A DNA stretch of 38,464 nt from Frankiales bacterium (GCA_025464915.1 JAODNF010000311.1:1-38464), one strand, 5' to 3'. Shown: positions 20,395 to 29,615, counted from the first letter of the stretch. Notes: generated by a model from the sequence alone, not told the origin. A program made the numbers and translations.

Positions 20395-21688
20395 CGAGGT
20401 CCTCCTCCAAGGGGCACCGGACAGGGCGTGGTTCGACGAGCAGCAGGCCGGGCACCTGCCAGAGCCCGGCCAGGCCGAGCAGCCCGCCGACGACGGCCAG
20501 CAGCACCGACCAGGTCGGAGCGGTGCTGCCGGACGCGACGGGCTCGAGGGCGACGGTGGTCCCGTCCCCCACGGGCGCGGTGGTCGGGCCGGGTACGACG
20601 GGGACGACGACCCCGCCCGCGGTGCCGCCGGGCTGCACCGGCGCCAGGACCCCCGGGCTCGCGGGCTGCGGCGCCGACGTCGGCACGGTCACCACCGGGG
20701 TGAGGCCCGGCGGCAGCGGCGGGAGCACCAGGGGCGACGAGGCGCTCGCGCCGGCGACGACGTGCGAGCCGCCGAAGCTCGCGGTGAGGGTGCTCGGATA
20801 GCCGGGTGTGCGCCAGAAGACGAGCAGCGAGCCCGCGTCGTAGGTGATCGTCCCGCCGCTCTTCTGCTGCGTCGCTGAGGAGAGCGTGATGGACATGCCG
20901 AGCGAGGCCAGCGCCGAGTTGACGGTGGCGACGGCCGTGGGCGGCACGGCCCCGTGCTGGGTGTCGACGGTGACGCCCTGGTCGTCGACCACGACCGGGA
21001 CGCCCGCGACTGTCAGCCCGGACACGGTGGTCTTGCCCTTGGCCGTCGCGTTGACGCCGTCGGTCGTGGCCTCCGCGTGCGACACGACCGAGCCGATCTT
21101 CACGATGCCCGCGACGCTGACGTCCCTGGCGGTGCTGTCGGCGGTGACCTTCGCGGTGCTGCTGCCGAGCTGCGCCACGCTGCCGCTCGAGGAGCTGCCG
21201 AAGCCGAGCGTCGAGCCCGCTGCGCCGCCGTCGACCTGGGCGTCCGCCGTGGTCCTCGCCAGGGTGGCGTCCGCGGCCATGTGCGATCCGGGGACGGAGT
21301 CGTTGGTGGCCGTGTGCGACGCGCTGCCGCTGCGGGCCTCGGCGCGCACGGGGTCGTTGAGCGCCGTCACCTGCGACGGTGCACCCGGCTGCACCAGCAG
21401 CACCAGCGACCCCGCGTTGCCCACGAGCGAGCCCGGCCAGGCGACCGAGGACAGCGCGTAGCCGACACCGCCCGCCAGCGAGACCTGGCTCTGCGGGACG
21501 TCGCCCTCGGCCTCGGGGTGGGAGTTGGCGCTGGGCTCGTCCTCGGTGAACCGGATCGCCGCCGACTGGGCCTGCAGGTCGTAACCGAAGAACCCGCTGC
21601 CGGGCGAGCCCGCGGCGTCGGCCGGGTAGAGGAAGACGGCCGTGACGAAGCACGCAACCGCCGGGACCAGCAGCAGGAGCCTTCTCAT
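20387..21688 (-). CDS. Secreted, C-terminally anchored beta-rich protein (choice-of-anchor P-like)
   Basis: Signal peptide MRRLLLLVPAVACFVTAVFLYPADA; Ser/Ala/Thr/Val-rich body; Pro-rich linker; C-terminal TM helix and RCPLEED tail. ATG 21688 follows GGAGG, with ATGA overlap. Confidence 0.78.
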   Translation of the reverse strand: MRRLLLLVPAVACFVTAVFLYPADAAGSPGSGFFGYDLQAQSAAIRFTEDEPSANSHPEAEGDVPQSQVSLAGGVGYALSSVAWPGSLVGNAGSLVLLVQPGAPSQVTALNDPVRAEARSGSASHTATNDSVPGSHMAADATLARTTADAQVDGGAAGSTLGFGSSSSGSVAQLGSSTAKVTADSTARDVSVAGIVKIGSVVSHAEATTDGVNATAKGKTTVSGLTVAGVPVVVDDQGVTVDTQHGAVPPTAVATVNSALASLGMSITLSSATQQKSGGTITYDAGSLLVFWRTPGYPSTLTASFGGSHVVAGASASSPLVLPPLPPGLTPVVTVPTSAPQPASPGVLAPVQPGGTAGGVVVPVVPGPTTAPVGDGTTVALEPVASGSTAPTWSVLLAVVGGLLGLAGLWQVPGLLLVEPRPVRCPLEEDLDD

Positions 21689-22398
21689 GCCGCGCCTCCC
21701 AGGTACGCCGCCGACAGGTGCTCCTCGACCTCGGCCGGAGTCCCGCGCCGGGTGACGCGGCCCTGGGCCAGGATGACGGCGTAGTCGGCCACGGCGAGCG
21801 CCGTCTGAGCGAACTGCTCGACGAGCAGGATGGCGATCCCCTCCTCGGCAAGGGTGCGGACCAGCTCGTACAGGTCCGCCACGATCAGCGGTGCGAGCCC
21901 CATCGAGATCTCGTCGAGCAGCAGCACAGCGGGGTCGACGAGCAGGGCCCGCGACATCGCGAGCATCTGCTGCTCGCCTCCTGACATCGTCCCGGCGAGC
22001 TGTCCCCGCCGCTCCCCCAGCCTCGGGAAGCGCGAGAAGGTGCGCTCCTCGACCTCGGGCAGTCGCAGGCCGCCGACCCCGGTCCACATCCGCAGGTTCT
22101 CCGCGACCGTCAGGTTCGGGAAGATGCCCCGCCCCTCAGGGATCCGGCACACGCCGGCCTGCGCGAGCGAGGCCGCATCGGCCCCGTTCACGTGAACGCC
22201 ACCGACGTGCAGGCAGCCGCCCATCGGCGTGAGGGTGCCGCTCGTCGTGCGCAGCAGGGTCGTCTTACCGGCGCCGTTGGGGCCGAGGAGCGCGACGACC
22301 GTCGCCGGCTCGACCGTGAGGCTGACGCCGTGCAGCACCTCGATCGAGCCGTAGCCCGCCCGCAGGTCGATGAGCTCGAGGGCAGCGTGGGCTGTCAT
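21685..22398 (-). CDS. LivF-like ABC ATP-binding protein
   Basis: GPNGAGKTT, IPEGRGIF, FPRLGERR, MSGGEQQMLA, LLLDE motifs. Confidence 0.92.
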   Translation of the reverse strand: MTAHAALELIDLRAGYGSIEVLHGVSLTVEPATVVALLGPNGAGKTTLLRTTSGTLTPMGGCLHVGGVHVNGADAASLAQAGVCRIPEGRGIFPNLTVAENLRMWTGVGGLRLPEVEERTFSRFPRLGERRGQLAGTMSGGEQQMLAMSRALLVDPAVLLLDEISMGLAPLIVADLYELVRTLAEEGIAILLVEQFAQTALAVADYAVILAQGRVTRRGTPAEVEEHLSAAYLGGAA

Positions 22399-23120
22399 GC
22401 GGCACTCGTCCCGAGGTAGGCGGCCTGGACGGCCGGGTCCTGCTGCACCTGCTCCGGCGCTCCGCTCGCGATGATCGCGCCGAAGTCGAGGACGTGCAGG
22501 TGGCTGCTGACGCGCATCACGAGCTCGACGTCGTGCTCGACGAGCAGGATCGACCGGCTGCCGTCCGCGACGAGCTCGACGAGCAGGTCCCCGAGGGCCT
22601 CCGACTCCGTCGTGTCGAGACCTGAGCCTGGCTCGTCGAGCAGCAGCAGCCGAGGCTGCGAGGCGAGGGCGCGAGCCACCTCGACGAGGCGCAGCAGGCC
22701 GGTCGGCAAGCGGTCGACCCGCTCGTGCTCGATCTCCAGGAGACCGACGCGCTCGAGGAGGTCGGAGGCGGTACGGCCAGGGTCGGCGTCGTCCCTGGAC
22801 CAGCTGCGCCGGGCCTCGGCCGCGGCGAGCACGTTCTCGTGGACGGTCAGCGAGGAGAACACCTCGATCCGCTGGAAGGTCCGGCCCAGGCCCTTGCGCG
22901 CCCGCAGGTGCGGCGCCAGGCCGGTGACGTCCTCGCCGGAGAGCAGCACCCGACCGGCACTCGGCCGCTCAAGGCCCGTGATGACGTTGAACAGCGTGGT
23001 CTTTCCGGCCCCGTTCGGGCCGATCAGCCCGACGACCGCACCCTCGGGCACGTCGAGGGTCACGCCCTTCAGGGCCTGCACCCCGCCGAAGCGGACCTCG
23101 ACCCTGTCAACCTGCAGCAC
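22395..23120 (-). CDS. LivG-like ABC ATP-binding protein
   Basis: VRFGGVQAL, GLIGPNGAGKTTLFN, GRTFQ, LLLDEP, VEHD, AAYLG. In-frame GTG at 23120. Confidence 0.92.
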   Translation of the reverse strand: MLQVDRVEVRFGGVQALKGVTLDVPEGAVVGLIGPNGAGKTTLFNVITGLERPSAGRVLLSGEDVTGLAPHLRARKGLGRTFQRIEVFSSLTVHENVLAAAEARRSWSRDDADPGRTASDLLERVGLLEIEHERVDRLPTGLLRLVEVARALASQPRLLLLDEPGSGLDTTESEALGDLLVELVADGSRSILLVEHDVELVMRVSSHLHVLDFGAIIASGAPEQVQQDPAVQAAYLGTSAA

Positions 23121-24975
23121 GGGCCACCTCCCGGACTCTCGATACCCGGAGCGCGCGCAGCTTCTCGCCCGCGTCAGCGAGCTGGCCGCCGATGCCGTAG
23201 CGGTTGCGGCCCAGCGCCAGGACGCCCAGTCCGGTGAACAGGAACTGGACCTGGCCGAGGTCGGGGAACAGCTCCTGGAACTTGGGGAACAGCGCGTACG
23301 ACATCGCAGCCAGGAACGCCCCGGTCGGTGAGAAGAGGCCACCGAGCGTCGCGAGCAGCAGGAGCACGCACGAGTTGAGCAGCAGGAAGTCGTTGTTGCT
23401 GATCGACCCGTGCAGCCCACCCAGCAGAGCTCCGCCCACCCCGGCGATCGCGGCCGACAGGGCCATGACGACCAGCCGGGTCGAGGTCGCGCTGACGCCC
23501 ATCGTGGCGCTGGCAGCCGGGCTGTCGTTGAGGGCGATGAGCCGGCGGCCGAAGGCGCGGCGTCGCAGCGCGAGCACGCCGACGGCGGCGAGCGCGAAGA
23601 CGGCGGCGAGGAAGGCGAAGAAGACCCTGTCGTCCTGGAGGTCGATGCCCGGCAGCGACGGGCGCGGGACCTCGAGGCTCGAGCCGGAGCCCAGGGCGTG
23701 CAGGAAGAAGATCTTGTCCATCGCCTGCGCGAAGGCCAGCGTCGCGAGGGCGAGGAACAGCCCACGCAGCCGGACGACGGTGACGGCGACGAGGGCACCT
23801 GCCGCCGCGGGGAGCAGCGCCGCCAGCGCGAGCCCGCCCAGTCCTCCACCGGCCTTGGCCATGGCGTAGGCCCCGAGGCCCGCGAAGGTGAGCTGGCAGA
23901 GCGACACCTGCCCGCCGTAGCCCGACAGCAGGACCAGGCTGAGCATGACGACGCCGAGCACCATGCCCTGGCCACCGATGGCGAGGTTCGCCGGGGACAG
24001 CTGGGAGCCGACGACTCCCGCGACCAGGACGAAGGCCGCGCCGGAGAGCAGGGAGCGCTGCAACGACGGCGGCCGGGGCATCCGGAGTCCCTGCAGGGAG
24101 CCGGCCCGGAGCCGCTCGCCCTTGATGAACAGGACAGCGAGGAACAGCAGGATCATGGGGATCGCGGGCGACACGTAGTCGTTGAACCACGGCGGCGCGT
24201 AGCCGACGGCCTGCTGGTTCAGGAAGCCGATCAGCAGGGCGCCGCCCACCGTCGCGGGCAGGTTGCGCAGCCGGCCGATCATGGCCGCGGCGTAGCCGTT
24301 GATGACGAGCAGCGTGAGGTCGGTGACGTTCAGCGTCACGAGCGGGGCCAGCAGGATCCCGGCGAGGGCTGCGAGCGACGAGCCCATCGCCCACGACAGC
24401 TGCGAGACCCGCTCGGGCTTGGTGCCTGCTAGGGCCGCGAGCTCCGGGTCGTCGACCACCGCGCGCATGGCGATGCCGAGCCGCGAGCGGCTGAAGAACA
24501 GCCGCAGCGACACCGCGACCGTCACGGCGGCGGCGATCACGAGGAGCTGGTTCCAGTCGATGACGAGGCTGAAGACCGTCACGGTGTGACCTGCGAAGAA
24601 CCGCGGCAGCACCCGCGTCGTGTCCGGCGGCCAGACCAGGAAGGCGAGGCCGAGCAGCGTGACGAGCAGGCCGAGGGTCGCGACGAGCGTGACGCCGATG
24701 GGCGCGCCGTACAGCGGTCTAACGAGGATCCGCTCCACCACGGCGCCGAGGAGCGGCGCCAGGACGAGCAGCACGACGAGGAACGCGACCGGCGCCGGCC
24801 AGCCCCAGGCGATGTGCAGCTGCCAGAAGGTGAAGGCAGCCACCATGCCGATCGCGCCGTGGGCGAAGTTGAAGATGCCCGAGGTGACGTAGGTGACGAC
24901 CAGCCCCGACGCCGTCAGGGCGTAGACGCACCCGAAGACGAGTCCGCTGATGGCCAGCGCCAGGAAGGTCGTCAT
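23107..24975 (-). CDS. Fused LivH/LivM-like ABC permease
   Basis: LivH half (YALTASGL, GIFNFAHG, GIAMRAV) fused to a LivM half (GYGGQVSL, RLRGLFLALATLAF, GRRLIAL); 622 aa. Confidence 0.9.
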   Translation of the reverse strand: MTTFLALAISGLVFGCVYALTASGLVVTYVTSGIFNFAHGAIGMVAAFTFWQLHIAWGWPAPVAFLVVLLVLAPLLGAVVERILVRPLYGAPIGVTLVATLGLLVTLLGLAFLVWPPDTTRVLPRFFAGHTVTVFSLVIDWNQLLVIAAAVTVAVSLRLFFSRSRLGIAMRAVVDDPELAALAGTKPERVSQLSWAMGSSLAALAGILLAPLVTLNVTDLTLLVINGYAAAMIGRLRNLPATVGGALLIGFLNQQAVGYAPPWFNDYVSPAIPMILLFLAVLFIKGERLRAGSLQGLRMPRPPSLQRSLLSGAAFVLVAGVVGSQLSPANLAIGGQGMVLGVVMLSLVLLSGYGGQVSLCQLTFAGLGAYAMAKAGGGLGGLALAALLPAAAGALVAVTVVRLRGLFLALATLAFAQAMDKIFFLHALGSGSSLEVPRPSLPGIDLQDDRVFFAFLAAVFALAAVGVLALRRRAFGRRLIALNDSPAASATMGVSATSTRLVVMALSAAIAGVGGALLGGLHGSISNNDFLLLNSCVLLLLATLGGLFSPTGAFLAAMSYALFPKFQELFPDLGQVQFLFTGLGVLALGRNRYGIGGQLADAGEKLRALRVSRVREVARAAG

Positions 24976-24985
24976 CGCCGGGCCG

Positions 24986-26467
24986 TCAGCCCTTGTAGTG
25001 GTAGAAGGCGCCGCAGCGGAAGCCCGTCGCCGGCGTGTCCTTGCGCTGCCACACGCCGTTCACGATCGTGAGCACGACGTAGCAGCTGTTGGGACCCTTC
25101 CCCGCAGGGTCCGCCTTGGCGAACATGCCCATGCCGTCGTAGGTGTGGATCGTCGTGAGCGCGTCGAGGAACGCCTTGCGGGTCAGGTGCGGCCCGGCCT
25201 TCTGCAGGGCCTGGACGGCGAGCTGCGCCGAGCCCCAGCCCCACGCGGAGTAGAGGTCCTCGTGCGCCTGCTGGCCGGTCTGCTTCATCCACTTCTGGTA
25301 GAGCGCGACACCCGGGATCGCGGCATCGGCCGGGTTGAAGAACGCGGCGTGCGGCTGGTCGGCGAACATGCCGTTCGCGGCCGCACCGGCCTCCGGGATG
25401 AAGCTCGGGTCGTAGGCCGCGTCACCGGCGCCGACCGCGATCATGGTGGGGTGCCACTGCTGCTGCTGGGCGGCGTTCAGCACCTTGGCGATGGTGTGCG
25501 AGTCGGCGCTGACGAAGTAGAGGAACTGCACGCCAGCGTTGCGCATCCGGATGATGTCGGCGGTGAAGTCGGTCTCGCCCGGCGAGTAGTTGCGGGTGTA
25601 GACGAACTTGTAGCCCACCGAGCCCGCCGCGGCCTCGATGCCCTTGAAGATCTCGACGGCCGAGCCGATGTTGCCGACCAGGGACGCGGAGTGCGTGATC
25701 ATGTCTGGGTGCAGGCTCTTGTAGTACTGGAAGGAGCCGAGGCGGTAGCCGGGTGACAGCGGGTTGATGCTGAAGGCGTTCGGCAGTCCGCCCAGTGCCG
25801 TCGTGAAGGAGACCGAGACCTCCGACATCGTGGGGTTGCTCTTCAGCACCGGGGCACCGCAGTTGTCGTAGAGCGACAGCGAGCTGACCCAGCCGAAGAC
25901 GTGACCGGCCTGAGCGAGGTGCTGCGTGCGGTTCTGACCGCAGTCGAGCTGGTCGTCGGCGACCTCGAGCTTGAGCTGCCGGCCGAAGACGCCGCCCTGG
26001 CTGTTGATGTAGGCCAGGTAGGCCTGGGCGCCGTAGACGTCACCGGAGAACAGCCCGGGAACGGGGCCCGACAGCGTCGTCACGGCTCCGAGCGAGATGG
26101 ACGTCGCCGTGACGCCCCTGTCGGTCGCACCACCGTTGCCGCCGGGCGGTGCGGGCGCGATGCCGGTCGAGCCGCTCCCGGCGCCGGTCGTCGAACTCGT
26201 CCCCGTGGTGCTGCCCGTCGTGCCCCCCGTCAGTGGGGTGGACCCGGTGGTCGTACCCGAGCCGACCGCCACGCCCGTCGTGCTGCCGCCCGGGGACGCA
26301 CCACCGGTGGCCCCGCCCTGCACGACGCTCGCGGCGCCCTGGCCGGTGGCGCCACGGATGCCCTTCTCGCGCAGGGAGGAGTCGACGCGCAGGCCGCACG
26401 AGCTCACCGCGAGCACCGCGGTGGCCAGGGCAGCGGTCCGGATCAGGGCGGATCGCATGGGTAACAC
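24986..26467 (-). CDS. Liv-type (PBP1-fold) solute-binding lipoprotein with long Gly/Ser/Thr linker
   Basis: Lipobox-like LAVSSC; low-complexity linker; GVTATSISLG, INSQGGVFGRQLKL, DFTADIIRM motifs. Start is GTG 26467 (TACGTT 6 nt upstream) or ATG 26458. Confidence 0.88.
   Translation of the reverse strand: MLPMRSALIRTAALATAVLAVSSCGLRVDSSLREKGIRGATGQGAASVVQGGATGGASPGGSTTGVAVGSGTTTGSTPLTGGTTGSTTGTSSTTGAGSGSTGIAPAPPGGNGGATDRGVTATSISLGAVTTLSGPVPGLFSGDVYGAQAYLAYINSQGGVFGRQLKLEVADDQLDCGQNRTQHLAQAGHVFGWVSSLSLYDNCGAPVLKSNPTMSEVSVSFTTALGGLPNAFSINPLSPGYRLGSFQYYKSLHPDMITHSASLVGNIGSAVEIFKGIEAAAGSVGYKFVYTRNYSPGETDFTADIIRMRNAGVQFLYFVSADSHTIAKVLNAAQQQQWHPTMIAVGAGDAAYDPSFIPEAGAAANGMFADQPHAAFFNPADAAIPGVALYQKWMKQTGQQAHEDLYSAWGWGSAQLAVQALQKAGPHLTRKAFLDALTTIHTYDGMGMFAKADPAGKGPNSCYVVLTIVNGVWQRKDTPATGFRCGAFYHYKG
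26160..26350 (-). repeat. Low-complexity Gly/Thr/Ser linker-coding tract
   Basis: Encodes GGATGGASPGGSTTGVAVGSGTTTGSTPLTGGTTGSTTGTSSTTGAGSGSTG; boundaries approximate. Confidence 0.7.
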
Positions 26468-26482
26468 GTGCGGAACGTAGCC

Positions 26483-26500
26483 CCATCATCATAATGATGG
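26483..26500. promoter_or_regulatory. Palindromic operator, probable FadR/GntR site
   Basis: CCATCAT-CATA-ATGATGG with perfect 7-bp arms between the divergent solute-binding and regulator genes. Confidence 0.68.
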
Positions 26501-26524
26501 CAACACAGGTCTACAGTCCTTGGC

Positions 26525-27325
26525 GTGACGACCCCCCGGCCGCGCCGCTCACGCGCAAAGGTCCGGCAGCCGCGCGTGGCGGAGGTCCTCGCCGATGTGC
26601 TGCGGGACCGGATCCTGTCGGGCGATCTCGACGACGGCGCGCTGCTGCCGAAGCAGGACGACCTGCTCGCGGAGTTCGGCACGTCGAAGGCGTCCGCCCG
26701 GGAGGCGTTCCGGATCCTCGAGACGGAGGGTCTGGTGACGGTGCTGCGCGGCAACGTCGGCGGTGCGGTCGTGCACCGGCCCAAGCCGGAGACGGCGGCC
26801 TACATGCTGGGCCTGGTCCTGCAGTCCAAGCGGGTGGAGCTGTCCGACGTGGGCGCGGCCCTGCAGTACGTCGAGCCGCTGTGCGCCGCGCTCTGCGCCG
26901 GCCGCGAGGACCGCGCGACGCAGGTGGTGCCTCAGCTCGAGGCCGCCCATCAGGCGCTGGTCGACGCCATCAACGACGGTGACGAGGCCCAGGCGGTGCC
27001 GGCGTCCCGCGCCTTCCACGAGGAGCTCGTGAAGCGCTCGGGCAACGAGACGATGATCCTGCTCGCCGGTGCGCTCGAGTCGCTCTGGTCGGCCCACGAG
27101 GGCGCCTGGTCCGTGGCCGCCTCCGAGGCCGGCCGTTTCCCCGAGCCGCTGCTGCGCAAGCGTGCCCTGCAGGAGCACGAGCAGCTCATCGACGCCATCG
27201 CCGCCGGCGACATCGACCGGGCCACCCGCACCGCCCGCCGGCACCTCACAACGGCGCAGCAGTACCCACTGGGCGACGGGAGCGGTGGTGCAGTCCAGGC
27301 GTCGTACCTGCGCCGGATCCCCTAG
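26525..27325 (+). CDS. FadR/GntR-family transcriptional regulator (FCD domain)
   Basis: LRDRILSGDL...LPKQDDLLAEFGTSKASAREAFRILETEGLV..RG..GG winged HTH; FH...SGN and EH FCD motifs. TACAGT lies 7 nt before GTG. Confidence 0.92.
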   Translation: MTTPRPRRSRAKVRQPRVAEVLADVLRDRILSGDLDDGALLPKQDDLLAEFGTSKASAREAFRILETEGLVTVLRGNVGGAVVHRPKPETAAYMLGLVLQSKRVELSDVGAALQYVEPLCAALCAGREDRATQVVPQLEAAHQALVDAINDGDEAQAVPASRAFHEELVKRSGNETMILLAGALESLWSAHEGAWSVAASEAGRFPEPLLRKRALQEHEQLIDAIAAGDIDRATRTARRHLTTAQQYPLGDGSGGAVQASYLRRIP

Positions 27326-28170
27326 TGGTCAGCGGTTCTGATCAGCAGGCGGGGCACTGACCCGTCGAGGTCGGTGAAGCCGTACTCGTCCGCGAGGTCG
27401 GCGATCCGGACAGCCCTGCCGGTCTTCGCGATCACGTTCTCGTCGCCCGCCAGGGCGGCCACGCCGCGACCGACGAAGCGCGGCGTCTCGGCCTGACCGA
27501 GGTCGAACTTCCCCTCACCACCGAGGTCGAGGTACTGGCCGCCGGCCTCGTCGGTCTTCGCGCCGAACATGACCAGCTCGGTCTTCACCAGCCCGGGCCA
27601 GACCGAGATGGCAGCCACGCCGTGGTCGCGCAGCTCGTGCGCCATGTCGGCCGTCATCTTGTCCACCGCGGCCTTGCCCACGCCGTACGGCACGTTGTGG
27701 GCGTACTGCACCGCACCGTCGCTCGTGACGTTGACGATGAGCCCGCTGCCGGCCTCGACCATGCTCGGCGCGGCGAGGGCGCTGGCGACGTAGTGGCTTC
27801 GGCAGCCGATGCCGATGACCTCGTCCCACGCCTTGACCGGGAGCTGCCAGAAGGGCGTGCCGAGCCAGCCGGCGAGGTCGGGGGCGGAGAAGACGTTGTT
27901 GACCAGGACGTCGATGCGGCCCTGCTCGGCGAGGACCTGCTGAATCGCTGCTTCGACGGCGTCGTCGTCGTGGTGGTCGACCGCGAGGGCGATGCCCGTC
28001 CCGCCGAGCGCGTCGATCTGAGCGGCGGTCTCCCCCACCGTGCCCGGCAGCATGCCGCCGTCGACTGTGCGGCCGGTGACGTAGACCGTCATCCCGGCCG
28101 CGCCCAGCTCCAGGGCGATGCCCTTGCCGATCCCCCGGCTGGCACCCGTGACCACAGCGACCTTCGACAT
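27322..28170 (-). CDS. Short-chain dehydrogenase/reductase
   Basis: TGASRGIG, DVLVNN, YGVGK (YxxxK), WPGLVKTE. ATG 28170 follows GGGAGGG. Confidence 0.92.
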   Translation of the reverse strand: MSKVAVVTGASRGIGKGIALELGAAGMTVYVTGRTVDGGMLPGTVGETAAQIDALGGTGIALAVDHHDDDAVEAAIQQVLAEQGRIDVLVNNVFSAPDLAGWLGTPFWQLPVKAWDEVIGIGCRSHYVASALAAPSMVEAGSGLIVNVTSDGAVQYAHNVPYGVGKAAVDKMTADMAHELRDHGVAAISVWPGLVKTELVMFGAKTDEAGGQYLDLGGEGKFDLGQAETPRFVGRGVAALAGDENVIAKTGRAVRIADLADEYGFTDLDGSVPRLLIRTADH

Positions 28171-28184
28171 GTTGAGCCCTCCCT

Positions 28185-28220
28185 TGTGCGCAACATAGCA
28201 ATGATGGGACGTTGCGCACA
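28185..28220. promoter_or_regulatory. 10-bp inverted repeat overlapping a second FadR-like site
   Basis: TGTGCGCAAC (28185-28194) / GTTGCGCACA (28211-28220). GCAACAT-AGCA-ATGATGG (28190-28207) resembles the 26483 palindrome. Confidence 0.6.
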
Positions 28221-29566
28221 TGACTCAGGCGCGTACCTCCGTGGCTACCTTCGACGGCAGCGACGCAGGCGCGTGGCTCGGCATCCGCTACGGCGTGGCC
28301 GACCGCTGGCAGGCCCCGCGACCGGTCGGTCCGGTCGACGGGCTGCAACCGGCGAAGTGGTTCGGGCCGTCCGCCCCGCAGCAGCCCGGTCCGATGTCCG
28401 GCGCCGTCCCCGGCATGGCGGTCACCGACACGGCCGAGGACTGCCTGACCCTGAACGTCTGGGCACCGCACGCCGCGGACGGTCTGCCGGTGATGGTCTG
28501 GATCCATGGCGGCGCGTTCCAGATCGGCGGCACCAGTCTGCAGACGTACGACGGCAGCACCCTGTCCCGTGAGCAGCAGGTCGTCGTGGTGTCGCTCAAC
28601 TACCGCCTGGGGGCGCTCGGCTGGCTCACCGGCGTCGACGGCGTCGTCCCGAACTGCGGCCTGCTCGACCTGCAGCTCGGCCTGCAATGGGTCCGGGACC
28701 ACATCGCGGCCTTCGGCGGCGACCCCGCCAACGTGACGGTCTTCGGCGAGTCCGCCGGCGCGGGTGCGGTGCTGCACCTGATGGCGAGCAGCACCGGCCT
28801 GTTCGACAGGGCGATCGCGATGTCCCCCGGCGCCGGCCAGACGCTGCCGTCCGAGCTCGGCAGGCAGGTGGCGGACGCGTTGCTCGCCAAGGTGCCCCTC
28901 GACGCTCCGGTCGAGGACATCCTCGCTGCCCAGGCGGAGGTCAGCGCCGAGCTGCTCCCCCTCGTCGGCGCCATGCCGTTCCACCCGTCGGGGGAGCCGC
29001 TCTGGGGCCGCACGGGCGACGTGCCGCTGCTGATCGGCACGACGTCGCAGGAGATGTCGCTGTTCGTCCCGCCGATGGAGCTGGACGCCGACACCCTGAC
29101 GTCGCTGCTAGAGCCGCTGCTGTCAGCGGAGGCGCACCGGCCGCTCGGCGCCGATGCCGTGAACCGGGTCGTGAAGGCCTACAGCGGACCGACCGCCATG
29201 GCCGACATCGCCACCGACGTCACGATGCGGCTGCCCGTCGAGCGCCTCCTCGACGCTCACCCCGGGCCCGCGTACGCCTACCAGTTCACCTACGAGACGA
29301 CCCACGGCGCCTGCCACGCCGCCGACCTGCCCTTCGTCTTCAACAGCTTCGACGTCGAGGGCTGGCGCGACTGGGTCGGTGGCTCCCCCGACGGGCTGGG
29401 CCGCACCATCCGCGACGCCTGGGCGGCGTTCGCCCGCACCGGCGTCCCGCGCGACGACTGGCCGCCCTACGACGAGCGGCGCCTGATGATGGAGCTCGGC
29501 CCCGAGGTGACGGTGGTGGCCGACCCCCTCGCCGAGGCGCGCAGCCGCTGCGCCCCCGTCCTGTAG
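28220..29566 (+). CDS. Type B carboxylesterase/lipase
   Basis: EDCLTLNVW, VWIHGGAF, NYRLG, nucleophile FGESAG, catalytic His GACHAADL. Confidence 0.93.
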   Translation: MTQARTSVATFDGSDAGAWLGIRYGVADRWQAPRPVGPVDGLQPAKWFGPSAPQQPGPMSGAVPGMAVTDTAEDCLTLNVWAPHAADGLPVMVWIHGGAFQIGGTSLQTYDGSTLSREQQVVVVSLNYRLGALGWLTGVDGVVPNCGLLDLQLGLQWVRDHIAAFGGDPANVTVFGESAGAGAVLHLMASSTGLFDRAIAMSPGAGQTLPSELGRQVADALLAKVPLDAPVEDILAAQAEVSAELLPLVGAMPFHPSGEPLWGRTGDVPLLIGTTSQEMSLFVPPMELDADTLTSLLEPLLSAEAHRPLGADAVNRVVKAYSGPTAMADIATDVTMRLPVERLLDAHPGPAYAYQFTYETTHGACHAADLPFVFNSFDVEGWRDWVGGSPDGLGRTIRDAWAAFARTGVPRDDWPPYDERRLMMELGPEVTVVADPLAEARSRCAPVL

Positions 29567-29615
29567 CCGCGGCTCTCTGGTCCGTCCCCCGCCCCGTGCT
29601 GGCGAGCGCAGGACG

